From positions 210,001 through 242,000 of the forward strand of contig NZ_CP007496.1 of assembly GCF_000803625.1 (NCBI RefSeq): 32,000 nucleotides of DNA, in the 5' to 3' direction. Position numbers and translations under genes: made by a program. The notes beneath the pieces were generated by a model. It was not told where the DNA came from. It saw only the letters and a program-made list of their open reading frames with translations, and did no database searches. This document shows, one piece after another, positions 18,615 through 28,202 of this stretch; position 1 is the stretch's first letter, and every line of letters begins with the position of its first letter. The DNA comes from Candidatus Nanosynbacter lyticus. Its GTDB lineage: Bacteria; Patescibacteriota; Saccharimonadia; Saccharimonadales; Saccharimonadaceae.

Positions 18615-18962
18615 ATGAACACATCTGGGATACAATCTATCGCCGTTAAGGTGAGCGGATCTAACTCTGCCCTGCTTGATGATGCAGATGGGTTGCAAAA
18701 ACTAATGCGCGACATTGCCGAGGCGGCTAGCTTACACCCATTAGAGTCGGTAACTCATCAGTTCTCGCCGCAGGGGGTTAGCTCTGCTCTGCTTTTGTCT
18801 GAGTCGCATATTGCAGTTCACACATGGCCGGAAAGTGGTACTGCCTATACATCAATGACTACTTGTAAACCCTTGAATGATGTCACTATTCAACAAATAC
18901 AAGAATTAGTCGGTCAGGAACTAGCGGCTGAAGACATAACTATGAAAAAGGTGGATTTATAA
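18615..18962 (+). CDS. speD: S-adenosylmethionine decarboxylase proenzyme
   Basis: 115 aa; LLLSESHIAVHTWPESGTAYTSMTTC contains the ESH processing site and HTWPE motif. Confidence 0.88.
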   Translation: MNTSGIQSIAVKVSGSNSALLDDADGLQKLMRDIAEAASLHPLESVTHQFSPQGVSSALLLSESHIAVHTWPESGTAYTSMTTCKPLNDVTIQQIQELVGQELAAEDITMKKVDL

Positions 18963-18963
18963 T

Positions 18964-19638
18964 ATGAAACGTACTAAGGCACGCCTGAAGATTAACCAGA
19001 TTTTGACTGGAAAGAAGACAAATCTACGAGTGGTTGGCTGCTTGCTGTTTCGTGAGTGGAGTGAGAAAGATAAACGCTTTTACTACTGGGAAGAATGGGA
19101 AATCACTGGCCTAGCTGATTATGATACTTGGGTTGAGTATGACCACAGTGACGAGGTTGTATCTTTATATGAGCCAATTCGGTTTACTAGGTCAATTGAT
19201 CCGCAGCAGCTAAAAAAAGGTCAATCTTTTACTCTTTCCGAGCAGGACGGAACGGATCATGTTGTAGTTGTTGATGAAGTTGGCGTGGGCGAAATTGTGA
19301 ATATTAAAGGTAAAAACACCTATCAAGTTTTCCCAAAAGAAATGATGGCTTACGCTACACTGCGGGACAGTAAAGCGCCGAAGGGGCGCCAGCTAATTAC
19401 TATTGAGAAGTATAATAATCGTGAGTATGATGCTTATCGTAAAGTGAAGCTAGACTCTAAAGAGCAAAAGCGAATATTCGGCAGGACAATTACGCCGATT
19501 AATTGGTGGATGATTATATTTATAGTGTTTATTGCCACTGCTGTTATATTTACATTTTTGGATAATAGCTCCAGCGATGGGCATGGTGGCGGAGCGCGTG
19601 GTGTTTATGGCGGCAGTAGTGGCGGATTTGGAAAGTAG
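18964..19638 (+). CDS. DUF4178 domain-containing membrane protein
   Basis: LRVVGCLLFREWSEKDKRFYYWEEWEI..DYDTWVEYDHSDEVVSLYEPI; C-terminal TM and Gly/Ser-rich tail. Confidence 0.75.
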   Translation: MKRTKARLKINQILTGKKTNLRVVGCLLFREWSEKDKRFYYWEEWEITGLADYDTWVEYDHSDEVVSLYEPIRFTRSIDPQQLKKGQSFTLSEQDGTDHVVVVDEVGVGEIVNIKGKNTYQVFPKEMMAYATLRDSKAPKGRQLITIEKYNNREYDAYRKVKLDSKEQKRIFGRTITPINWWMIIFIVFIATAVIFTFLDNSSSDGHGGGARGVYGGSSGGFGK

Positions 19639-19647
19639 GATATTCTA

Positions 19648-21177
19648 GTGCCGCGATTTGAAATGCATAAACGTGAGCAAGTGTCTTTATTTGCGGCGGC
19701 GATATTAGTGGCGATTGGCGGCATTATATATGAATTAATTTTGGGTGCGGCTGCATCTTACTTGGTCGGAGATTCAATCTTAAGCTTTAGCTTGGCGACT
19801 GGCGTAACTTTATTTGGAATGGGTATTGGTTCGCTGCTGGTTAATTATATTAAAATACATCCAGCGACCAGTTTTGCGACTAATGAGATTGTCTTAGGAC
19901 TAATTGGTGGTAATTCGGTACTTTTGATGTATACGGGATTTGTTTTTACGCGACTGCACTGGGTTATTTTTGCAATTATCAGCCTAGCGATAGGCATTTG
20001 TATCGGTCTGGAAATTCCACTTCTAGTGAAGATGTTTCAGAAATTTGGTCGCAAATCATCAGTTAGGTTATTTAGTAAGATTCTGGCGCTTGATTATTTT
20101 GGTGCGTTAGTAGCCTCCTTATTATTTCCCCTGATTATGTTGCCTCATCTTGGTTTGATGCGTAGTGCTTATCTGGTAGCGGCGTTGAATATCGCTGTGG
20201 CCGTATTGATTTTAAGGCAGATGAAAGCTTCTAGGGTTGTGATGATAGTTAGTATTGTAGCAACAATAGTTTTGTCTGGACTGTTTATTTATGCGACAGA
20301 GATTGAAAACGCAATTGATAAGCGGACCTATAAAGATCCGGTAATGTTTCAGCAGCAAACGCCATATCAGAAGATTGTACTAACCAGATATAAGAAAGAC
20401 ACCAGGCTATTTTTAAACCACAATCTGCAATTTTCTAGTCTGGATGAGGCGCGCTACCATGAGACCCTGTCTGCTTCTGCCCTGTCCTCGGTCGCTAGTC
20501 CAAAGCGAGTGCTGATTATGGGCGGCGGTGATGGCCTGTTGACGCGTGACGTGTTGAAATACCCGAGCGTCGAGCATGTTACTCTGGTTGATATTGACGA
20601 GTCAATGACTAATTTAGCAAAGACTAATCACCTACTAACTGACATTAATCAGCGGTCACTTCATGATTCTCGCGTTAATATTGTTAATCAAGATGCTTTT
20701 CAATTTGCTTTTTCGACGCAGGATAAATATGATGTTGTGTTGATTGATTTGGTTGACCCTTCGAATGAGCGACTAGCTAAGCTCTATTCCGAGCAGCTGT
20801 ACCGTCAGGTCGGCAATATTTTAACAGAGCATGGCGTAATGGCAACGCAAGCAACTTCTTCGTTCTTTTCTCCGCAGGCTTTTTATATGGTGGCAAATAC
20901 CATAAAATCCGCTCATCCTGGGCGGCACATAGCGGCGTTCTCGGTGAATGTGCCGTCATTTGGCGAGTGGGGTTTTGTGCTGTCAGCGCCAAATGCTGAT
21001 GTTGTGATGAGTCAGCCTTTACCAAAAGGATTGCGTTATCAAAATCAGAAGCTACTTACTTTTTTAACTAAAAATAATGCGGTTTCAGTTCCGTCGGGTC
21101 CCGTCTCTACGCTGATTTCTCCGCGGATAACTGATGTTTATAATGCTGATATGCGCCAGTGGCGTTATTATAACTAG
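19648..21177 (+). CDS. multi-TM spermidine synthase-like (aminopropyltransferase) fusion
   Basis: Several N-terminal TM helices with ILALDYFGALVASLLFPL, then YHETLSASAL, VLIMGGGDGLLTRDVLKYPSVEHVTLVDID, YDVVLIDLVDPSNE. GTG start uncertain (ATG at 19663 possible). Confidence 0.85.
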   Translation: MPRFEMHKREQVSLFAAAILVAIGGIIYELILGAAASYLVGDSILSFSLATGVTLFGMGIGSLLVNYIKIHPATSFATNEIVLGLIGGNSVLLMYTGFVFTRLHWVIFAIISLAIGICIGLEIPLLVKMFQKFGRKSSVRLFSKILALDYFGALVASLLFPLIMLPHLGLMRSAYLVAALNIAVAVLILRQMKASRVVMIVSIVATIVLSGLFIYATEIENAIDKRTYKDPVMFQQQTPYQKIVLTRYKKDTRLFLNHNLQFSSLDEARYHETLSASALSSVASPKRVLIMGGGDGLLTRDVLKYPSVEHVTLVDIDESMTNLAKTNHLLTDINQRSLHDSRVNIVNQDAFQFAFSTQDKYDVVLIDLVDPSNERLAKLYSEQLYRQVGNILTEHGVMATQATSSFFSPQAFYMVANTIKSAHPGRHIAAFSVNVPSFGEWGFVLSAPNADVVMSQPLPKGLRYQNQKLLTFLTKNNAVSVPSGPVSTLISPRITDVYNADMRQWRYYN

Positions 21178-21188
21178 AGTTCAATAAT

Positions 21189-23828
21189 TTATTGAGTGGT
21201 GCTCTTTTTCCGTCGTCGGCGTCGTCTTTTTGGCGTGGTGGTCGCGGTTGATTCGGGCGTGGTTGCAACTTCTGATGAGGACTTAGGCTTATCTAATCCA
21301 TTATTGCCACGAATTTGCAGGACAACCTCCCCGCTATCTATAGAGGGTTGTGTTTTATTTGGTTGACTATTGGTCTGCGGATTCGGCTTTGGGACGGCCT
21401 GCTTTTTCTGATTTCTGTTGGGCATGATAGTGTCGCTAATTTCTCTCTCGACATCCTCCCTGCTCTTCGAATACATACGCCTTGAATGTTCGATGATATG
21501 TGGCGTATTGTCCGCTTGGGACGGTGGAAGCTCCAGGCTGCGCGCTGAAAATGCAGGAGTTTTTTCGCCGCCGATTACCATATTGATAACAAAATTACGA
21601 TTATGCATCTGTAGTAGGTCAATTGATTCAAAGTTTGGCTCAAACTGTTTAGCTAGGATCGGTGCGTCATCGGCAGAAACTCGGAAAGAAATCATGGTAC
21701 CAACGTTACCAAAAACGGCGTCACGAACAGTTTCACTCATTTGGGAAATATACTGATTGGCGACAGTCAGATTAAGACCGTATTTGCGAGCTTCGGATAA
21801 GATGGTGGCAAATGAATCAGTGGCGAAATTCTGGAACTCATCGACATAGAGATAGAACGGACGACGATCGCGAACGTCAGGAATGTCTGATCGTGACATG
21901 GCAGCGAGCTGAATTTTTGTGACTAAGAAGGATCCCAGAATGGCGGCGTTGTCTTCACCAATTAAGCCCTTCGATAAATTGACGATGAGGATTTTGCCTT
22001 CGTCCATGATTTGACGAATATTGAACGTAGATTTAGGCTGGCCAATGATGTTGCGGATGATTGGGTTGGCGGTAAAGGCGCCGACTTTATTTAGCACCGG
22101 TGCGATTGCTTCAGCGACAAATTTATCGTTCCAGCTGGCAAACTCAACATTCCAGAATTGTAGGACCACGGTATCGCGACAATAGCCCAGCGTCTCTTTG
22201 CGGAATTCTTTATCTGTTAGCATGCGAGTAATATCAAGCATAGTGGCTTCTGGTCGGTCAAGTAGCGCCAGAATAGTGTAGCGTAAAATGTATTCCAGCC
22301 GCGGACCCCACGAATCGCCGAACATGCGCTTCAGGACGCCAATCACTTCTGATGAAATATTGGTTTTTTGGTTGGGATTAGTGACTTCTAGCGGATTAAA
22401 CCCTAAGGGGTAAGCGGTGTCGGCTGGGTTAAAATAGATGACGTCATTCAGTCTTGAGCCCGGTATGAACTTCATGTTATTGATAGCGAAATCGCCGTGT
22501 GGGTCAATGATGGCGTAACCTTGATTATGGAAGATATCGCTGAGGGCGAATAATTCCAGCAGGCCGCTTTTTCCGGCGCCAGTTTGCCCGATAATGTAAA
22601 CGTGGCGTGAGCGGTCGTAGCGTAGCATGCCGAATTGATGACTAATGCCGCGGAAGTTAGTGACTCCAAAGGCGGAGATTTGGTCGTCGTTGGCGTCATT
22701 GCCAGTTAAGACTGGTAGTTTGGACGGTGGTTCGGCGGTTTTGGCACTAGCCCAGACAATATTCGGTGTCTCAACATTGGTGTGTGGTAGGTGAAAGACA
22801 GAAGCTAGTTCTTCAATGTTTAAGATAAAGCCGTCGCCATAAAATGCTCGCTTACGATATTTCTCCAGGAATTCTTTACCGAATGCACCCTTGAAGGCGC
22901 GAAAGCCGTTAAGGTTGGTTGAGTTGAATTGCTTAAATGTACCGACCAGGGCTTGCATGCGAAGCTTTGCGTTGGTGTTACTTTCGCCCATGTAAACCAG
23001 TCGTATCTTTACCTCATAGCCAAGCTTTGTAGCCTTTTTTTCCGCTTCAGAAATGCGAGTTTTATCGCGGTCTGACAACTCAACAGCTGTAGACTGACCG
23101 ACTCCCTGCTCCGGTGGTTGCCAGAGCGCACCAAGTATCCCGACTATCCACTGCATGCTACCGCCGAGTCCTGGAAGCGACAAGCCGCGTCCGCTTTTTA
23201 TATTATTTATATATCTGTCTGCAGCGTGTTGCCAATCATCAGGAATCGGTCGAGCTAGCACCTGAATCCATAGCTCTTCTCCGGTAGTTTCTAATTTGGC
23301 GAGGGTGCCGGTAACACCAGCTAGCGGGTCAACTTCAAAATTCTGAAAGGTGCGAATTGGTAAAAATTCATCCGTAGTTAAAGTTAGTTCGGTTGAATAC
23401 GCAACCTCGTGATCACGCTCGTGCTCGGTATAATCTTCGTTGGCTTGATGAATTTGGACGGTTGGATATTGCGAGTAAATTTGACCCTCGACGAAACTTT
23501 GCAGAGTTTTTGGCACCCAAACATAAAAGCGAATTTGACCATTAACCGAAGCAATCTCAAAACTAATATGCTCCTGCTGTCCACCGGATAAGCGCAGTTC
23601 TTTATTGTCGCGTAAGATGCCGTGGAGTGAGGCAAACAGCTGCTCGGCGGCCAACTCCTGTTTATCATTGGTCCGTGGGATTTCCAGAACTAATAGTACG
23701 CTCTCAACAGGAGTAAATTCTTCGATTCTTCGATAATTTCGCCACGTCAGAAATACCAGAACTGCTACAATTGGCATCCAAACATACCATTGTAATAACG
23801 TACCAATAATCCAAGAAATAATCTGCAT
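21189..23828 (-). CDS. membrane-anchored VirB4/HerA/TraG-like ATPase (type IV secretion-like)
   Basis: N-terminal TM; Walker A YIIGQTGAGKSGLLELF, DPHGDFA, Walker B FYLYVDEFQNFATDSFATILSEARKYGLNLTVANQYISQ. Confidence 0.85.
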   Translation of the reverse strand: MQIISWIIGTLLQWYVWMPIVAVLVFLTWRNYRRIEEFTPVESVLLVLEIPRTNDKQELAAEQLFASLHGILRDNKELRLSGGQQEHISFEIASVNGQIRFYVWVPKTLQSFVEGQIYSQYPTVQIHQANEDYTEHERDHEVAYSTELTLTTDEFLPIRTFQNFEVDPLAGVTGTLAKLETTGEELWIQVLARPIPDDWQHAADRYINNIKSGRGLSLPGLGGSMQWIVGILGALWQPPEQGVGQSTAVELSDRDKTRISEAEKKATKLGYEVKIRLVYMGESNTNAKLRMQALVGTFKQFNSTNLNGFRAFKGAFGKEFLEKYRKRAFYGDGFILNIEELASVFHLPHTNVETPNIVWASAKTAEPPSKLPVLTGNDANDDQISAFGVTNFRGISHQFGMLRYDRSRHVYIIGQTGAGKSGLLELFALSDIFHNQGYAIIDPHGDFAINNMKFIPGSRLNDVIYFNPADTAYPLGFNPLEVTNPNQKTNISSEVIGVLKRMFGDSWGPRLEYILRYTILALLDRPEATMLDITRMLTDKEFRKETLGYCRDTVVLQFWNVEFASWNDKFVAEAIAPVLNKVGAFTANPIIRNIIGQPKSTFNIRQIMDEGKILIVNLSKGLIGEDNAAILGSFLVTKIQLAAMSRSDIPDVRDRRPFYLYVDEFQNFATDSFATILSEARKYGLNLTVANQYISQMSETVRDAVFGNVGTMISFRVSADDAPILAKQFEPNFESIDLLQMHNRNFVINMVIGGEKTPAFSARSLELPPSQADNTPHIIEHSRRMYSKSREDVEREISDTIMPNRNQKKQAVPKPNPQTNSQPNKTQPSIDSGEVVLQIRGNNGLDKPKSSSEVATTPESTATTTPKRRRRRRKKSTTQ

Positions 23829-23872
23829 GATATGTAAATTATCTCACCTCTGAAGGAAGTTTGCAACTTAGC

Positions 23873-24925
23873 TTAAACAGCTTCGTCAAAAACGTAAGTA
23901 GCTTTCGCGACACGCTTGAACTGCGGTTTTGACTGAAGGTTGAGCAGAATAGTGGTTTCTTTAACCTGCCGCTTATCAAGGACTTGACGAACAATTTCAT
24001 CACGGTGCAATGGAGACTCAGAGTTTTTCAAGATATCGGTAATAATATCAGAGACGGTACCGCGACTATATCCCCAGCTGGCCAGTGCATAAATACCACG
24101 CCCAATCAGCACAAATCGACTATCTTTAATAAGTTCATTGTGAATCGCCTGAGTAGTAACGCTTCGTCGGTTAAACTCGCTGTCTCGAATACCTTTGGCA
24201 ATGTCAGAAAAGTGCATCGGTGAGCCGTTGGTGTCAAGAACGACATAGATTTTATCGCGGATGTTCTTTGGGTTAACTGATGGCCATTTAGCTAGTCCCC
24301 ATTGATTGTGTAGATTAGCTAATTTTTTACTAACAGTAGCCAATGCTGCAATATTTGATGGATGTTCGTAGTCTAATTTTTTATGTAGATCTTCCGCAGT
24401 GATTGGCTCGCCATGTTTTTTAATCGTCTTAACAACTTCTTCAACTCTTACTTTAACTTGCTTTTCGTTACCCAGAGTGTCAATGGCTGCCGCTTGATAG
24501 TAGTCGTCATTTTCTGTGATGATAGTGATATTTTCCGCCAACTCTCCGATAAACGCTACACGAGAGCGGTCAATTGATGAGGCCTCCTTGCCCAGGAAAT
24601 GTGATGCTAAATCTTGTATACGGGCTACTCGACCCATTTCTGATAGGCTTGAGGTTATTTCCTTTTCTATAGCAGTAACTGACGGTAGGGTTCCTTCGCT
24701 AACAGCAACTCTAAGTCGTGTTAGGATAGACTTTTCCAGCTGACGAACTCGCTCGCGGGTGATGCCGAACATATCACCAATCATTTCTAGCGTTTCCTTC
24801 CTGTCAGACAAGCCGAATCGTCGAGAGATGATTTCCCTTTCGCGCTCTTGCGGTATTTTGGAAATAATAGTATCAATGGCAGAATTTAAGTTGTCGATTC
24901 TTTCGGTTTTTACTGTCTCGTTCAT
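23873..24925 (-). CDS. sigma-70 region 4-like plus HARE-HTH domain protein
   Basis: EREREIISRRFGLSDRKETLEMIGDMFGITRERVRQLEKSILTRLR; C-terminal LHRDEIVRQVL..ATYVFDE and MHFSDIAKGI..GRGIYALASWG are HARE-HTH-like. Confidence 0.7.
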   Translation of the reverse strand: MNETVKTERIDNLNSAIDTIISKIPQEREREIISRRFGLSDRKETLEMIGDMFGITRERVRQLEKSILTRLRVAVSEGTLPSVTAIEKEITSSLSEMGRVARIQDLASHFLGKEASSIDRSRVAFIGELAENITIITENDDYYQAAAIDTLGNEKQVKVRVEEVVKTIKKHGEPITAEDLHKKLDYEHPSNIAALATVSKKLANLHNQWGLAKWPSVNPKNIRDKIYVVLDTNGSPMHFSDIAKGIRDSEFNRRSVTTQAIHNELIKDSRFVLIGRGIYALASWGYSRGTVSDIITDILKNSESPLHRDEIVRQVLDKRQVKETTILLNLQSKPQFKRVAKATYVFDEAV

Positions 24926-24975
24926 GCTATTAGGAAAATCCTCTCTGCCTCACCACAGGTTACATTGATTAAAAT

Positions 24976-25011
24976 ATGTTTTTAATTATACAATTGCATT
25001 TGATAAATGTC
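24976..25011 (-). promoter_or_regulatory. promoter of the sigma-4/HARE-HTH gene
   Basis: Minus strand TTGACA (25006-25011), 17-bp spacer, TATATA (24983-24988); predicted ~50-nt leader with AGAGGA. Confidence 0.6.
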
Positions 25012-25127
25012 AATAGGTAAATGCTATAATTGTTCATATAAATTATAGCATGTATTTTACTATTTTTGCAATAGATGATGTGAGAGTTTTTATTATCCAA
25101 AATTGTTGGATAGTATAGAAAATATCG

Positions 25128-27431
25128 CTATTTTTTCTTAGCTGTTCGCTTACGGGTTGGTTTTGCGGCTGTTTTACTTAACAATTCCAGTGCCTTTTCA
25201 TGGGTGATGGTTTTTGGATCGGTGCCCTTAGGAATTTTGGCATTTTTACTGCCGTCGGTGATATATGGACCAAAGCGACCGTTGAGGATTTTGACGCCGT
25301 CACCAAAGTCAGCGATGTTTTTCTCGGCTTCGGCCTGGAGTTTGGCGGCGTAGAGCTCGCGAGCTTTTTCTAGGGTGATGGTGTGCGGATCTTCGGGCTT
25401 GATGGAGACGAAGAGTTTGCCAACTTGGATGTACGGGCCAAAGCGGCCGATGTTGGCCTTGATGTCTTGCCCGTCTTCGGTTTGGCCGACGATGCGTGGT
25501 AGCTTAAACATTTCCAGCGCTTGCTCCAAAGTGACGGTTTCAATTTTCGCACCTTTTGGTAGCGGCGCAAAGCGTGGTTTGTCCTCGTCGTCAGTGGCGC
25601 CCAGTTGCAACATTGGGCCAAAGCGGCCAAAGCGCGCCAGGATTGGTTTGCCGGATTTTGGATCGATGCCGACTTCGCGATTGGCGCCGACTTTACTGCG
25701 GTCGATACCGCCTGATTGTTCGATCAGTTTATGAAATGGCGTGTAAAATCCGTTGAGCATGGCACTTTTAGCCAGCTCTGCGGCGGCAATTTTATCAAAT
25801 TCAGTCTCGACGTTGGCGGTAAAATCATAATCAACGATTTGCGTGAAATGGTCGGTTAAAAAGTCGGCGATTAGTTCCCCGCTTGGTGTTGGAATAAGCT
25901 TGCCGCGGGTGGAACCCGTTTTTTCCTGGACAACGTCGCGACTGACTTCTTCGCCGTTGTAACTGAGGACGATGACGTCGCGCGGCTGGCCTTCGCTGTC
26001 GCCCTTTTCGACATAGCCGCGGGTCTGTACAGTGTCGATGATAGTGGCGTAGGTGCTTGGACGGCCAATGCCGAGGTCTTCGAGCTTCTTGACCAGGGAG
26101 CCTTCGGTGTAGCGGGCCGGTGGCCGAGCGAAGGTTTGGCGGGCGGTGATGTCGTGGGTTTCGAGGGTGTCACCGGTGTGGAGCTTTGGTAAGAGTTCGT
26201 CTTTGCCGCCGCCATAGACACGCAAGAATCCGTCAAAGGTGATGACTTCACCTTTGGCTTCAAAATGTAACTTGTCATTTCCTTGTATATCTATGGAAAT
26301 TGTCGTCTTCTCTAATTTCGCTGCCGACATTTGGGATGCCAGGGTGCGGCGGCGGATGAGGTCGTAGAGTTTTTGGTCGTACTCGTTGGAAGTGACGGTT
26401 TCGCTGGTGATGTCGGTTGGACGGATGGCCTCGTGGGCTTCCTGGGCGGAGGCGGATTTGGTTTTGAATTTGCGCACGGTGGAGTAATCCGGGCCGTACA
26501 ACCGCTTGATAAAGTCGGTGGCACTGGCGATGGCCTGCCCGCTCAAATTGACCGAGTCAGTACGCATGTAGGTGATTTTACCGTCTTGGTAGAGCCGCTG
26601 GGCTGAAGCCATGGTGGCTTTGGAGCTGAAGCCGAGCTTGGCGTTGGCTTCCTGCTGTAAGGTCGAGGTCGTAAACGGTGCGGCTGGGTTGCGGGTGCCA
26701 GGAGTTTTCGAGATGTCGCTGACGGTGAATGTGGCTGGCTTGAGACTAGTTAAGAATTCATGGGCGGCCGCTTCAGAATCAAATTTCTGGTTGAGCTCAG
26801 CCTTGAACTCTTGATTGTCGTGGATGAATATGGCGGTCACCTTGAACTGTGAACTGCCCTCGAACCTCATAATTTCTCGTTCGCGTTCGACCAGTAGCCG
26901 TACTGCCGGGCTCTGGACGCGGCCAGCTGACTTGCCGCCTGGCACTTTTTGCCAGACTACCGGGCTGAGCTCAAAGCCGACCAGCCGGTCGAGGATTTGC
27001 CGTGCTTGCTGCGCCTGCACCAGATTCATGTCAACGGTGCGCGGGTTCTTGATAGCATTGGTGATGGCATCCTTAGTGATCTCGTGAAAGACGATGCGCT
27101 TGGTTGTCTCAATCGGCAAATCCAATACTTTACAGAGATGCCAAGCAATTGCCTCCCCTTCACGGTCTTCATCGGTGGCCAGCCAAACATTGTCTTTACC
27201 GACGGCCTTGACGTTTTTCTTGAGCTCGGTGATGACTTTCTTCTTCTCGGGATCAACTTCGTAGACGGCAAAAAAATCATTCGCCACATCAATTGGCGGT
27301 GTGCCGTCCTTGGTTTTTTTGACAATCGAGCGGATATGTCCCACGCTTGACAGGACATGAAAATCCTTGCCCAAATATTTCTCAATGGTTTTAGCTTTGG
27401 CTGGCGACTCGACGATAACGAGATTTTTCAT
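25128..27431 (-). CDS. topA: DNA topoisomerase I
   Basis: KNLVIVESPAKAKTIEKYLG, ATDEDREGEAIAWHL, ITYMRTDSVNLS, GRPSTYATIIDTVQTRGYV; C-terminal GxFGPYI repeats and a Lys-rich tail. Confidence 0.96.
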   Translation of the reverse strand: MKNLVIVESPAKAKTIEKYLGKDFHVLSSVGHIRSIVKKTKDGTPPIDVANDFFAVYEVDPEKKKVITELKKNVKAVGKDNVWLATDEDREGEAIAWHLCKVLDLPIETTKRIVFHEITKDAITNAIKNPRTVDMNLVQAQQARQILDRLVGFELSPVVWQKVPGGKSAGRVQSPAVRLLVEREREIMRFEGSSQFKVTAIFIHDNQEFKAELNQKFDSEAAAHEFLTSLKPATFTVSDISKTPGTRNPAAPFTTSTLQQEANAKLGFSSKATMASAQRLYQDGKITYMRTDSVNLSGQAIASATDFIKRLYGPDYSTVRKFKTKSASAQEAHEAIRPTDITSETVTSNEYDQKLYDLIRRRTLASQMSAAKLEKTTISIDIQGNDKLHFEAKGEVITFDGFLRVYGGGKDELLPKLHTGDTLETHDITARQTFARPPARYTEGSLVKKLEDLGIGRPSTYATIIDTVQTRGYVEKGDSEGQPRDVIVLSYNGEEVSRDVVQEKTGSTRGKLIPTPSGELIADFLTDHFTQIVDYDFTANVETEFDKIAAAELAKSAMLNGFYTPFHKLIEQSGGIDRSKVGANREVGIDPKSGKPILARFGRFGPMLQLGATDDEDKPRFAPLPKGAKIETVTLEQALEMFKLPRIVGQTEDGQDIKANIGRFGPYIQVGKLFVSIKPEDPHTITLEKARELYAAKLQAEAEKNIADFGDGVKILNGRFGPYITDGSKNAKIPKGTDPKTITHEKALELLSKTAAKPTRKRTAKKK

Positions 27432-27483
27432 AACTTTATATTATAACAAATCGATATGTAGCTACAACTGCAGCTTAAATTAT

Positions 27484-28164
27484 TTAGCCACATTTGTTAA
27501 ATTTGTTAAGTGCTCCCATTAGTCTTAGGCTACGTTCGGCGCCCGTCGGCGGCATTCTTTCTGGTACAGTATTCTTGCCGAGTGCTTGCTTTGTGTATGT
27601 ATATAAGGAATGGGCAGCAGGCGGTAGTGATGCTATAAACGCTGTGGCTCCTAGCCCACGTAGAAACTTAGCAAGTTTAGGATTGTTAGCATATTCGGCA
27701 ACATGGGCACCGGCATAAGCTATTAAGGTAAACGTTTCGCCAGCCATGGCTAATTTGCCTGATTTGGTTGGTCGAGTTTTACCTTTCTCCTCACTGCGTA
27801 GATTAGTAATTCCCGTGGCTGTAGAATTTAAGAAGTTTAGTAGCGCAATAGTGCCAATGACTAATTCTGGAGCTACCTTTTGCTTTTTCATTTCGTAGAG
27901 GATTTTTGCAGTAACTATTTTATCGGTTATAGCATCAAGGGCTGCCCCAACGTCACTCGTTTGTCCTGTGAAGCGAGATACTGGACCGTCAATTGTGTCA
28001 AGTAATCTTCCTAGGGCGGCTTTTGACAAACCGCAAGGATTGTTAAGTTCTTCCGCTCCGCGCCATGCTAGTATCCCACCTGTTAGTGTTATGGCGTTAG
28101 GTATGGTAAATACATCTTTAGCTATAGTATTAGCGCGATTACCTGACTCTCGGCTTGTCTTCAT
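27484..28164 (-). CDS. CDP-alcohol phosphatidyltransferase-like protein
   Basis: LDTIDGPVSRFTGQTSDVGAALDAITDK fits D-x2-DG-x2-(A/S)R...G-x3-D-x3-D. Confidence 0.7.
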   Translation of the reverse strand: MKTSRESGNRANTIAKDVFTIPNAITLTGGILAWRGAEELNNPCGLSKAALGRLLDTIDGPVSRFTGQTSDVGAALDAITDKIVTAKILYEMKKQKVAPELVIGTIALLNFLNSTATGITNLRSEEKGKTRPTKSGKLAMAGETFTLIAYAGAHVAEYANNPKLAKFLRGLGATAFIASLPPAAHSLYTYTKQALGKNTVPERMPPTGAERSLRLMGALNKFNKCG

Positions 28165-28202
28165 AATCTGTATCTTAACATTAATTTGTCAAATTGACAA
28201 TA

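Noticed and set aside
21181-21195. TCAATAATTTATTGA palindrome in the convergent gap as a terminator
   Set aside because: Loopless, A/T-only and without a T-tract; too weak to call.
25370-27385. Multiple ORFs of 60-135 aa on both strands overlapping topA (e.g. 25871..26278 -, 26949..27350 +)
   Set aside because: Shadow ORFs caused by topA codon usage; topA is unambiguous in its frame.
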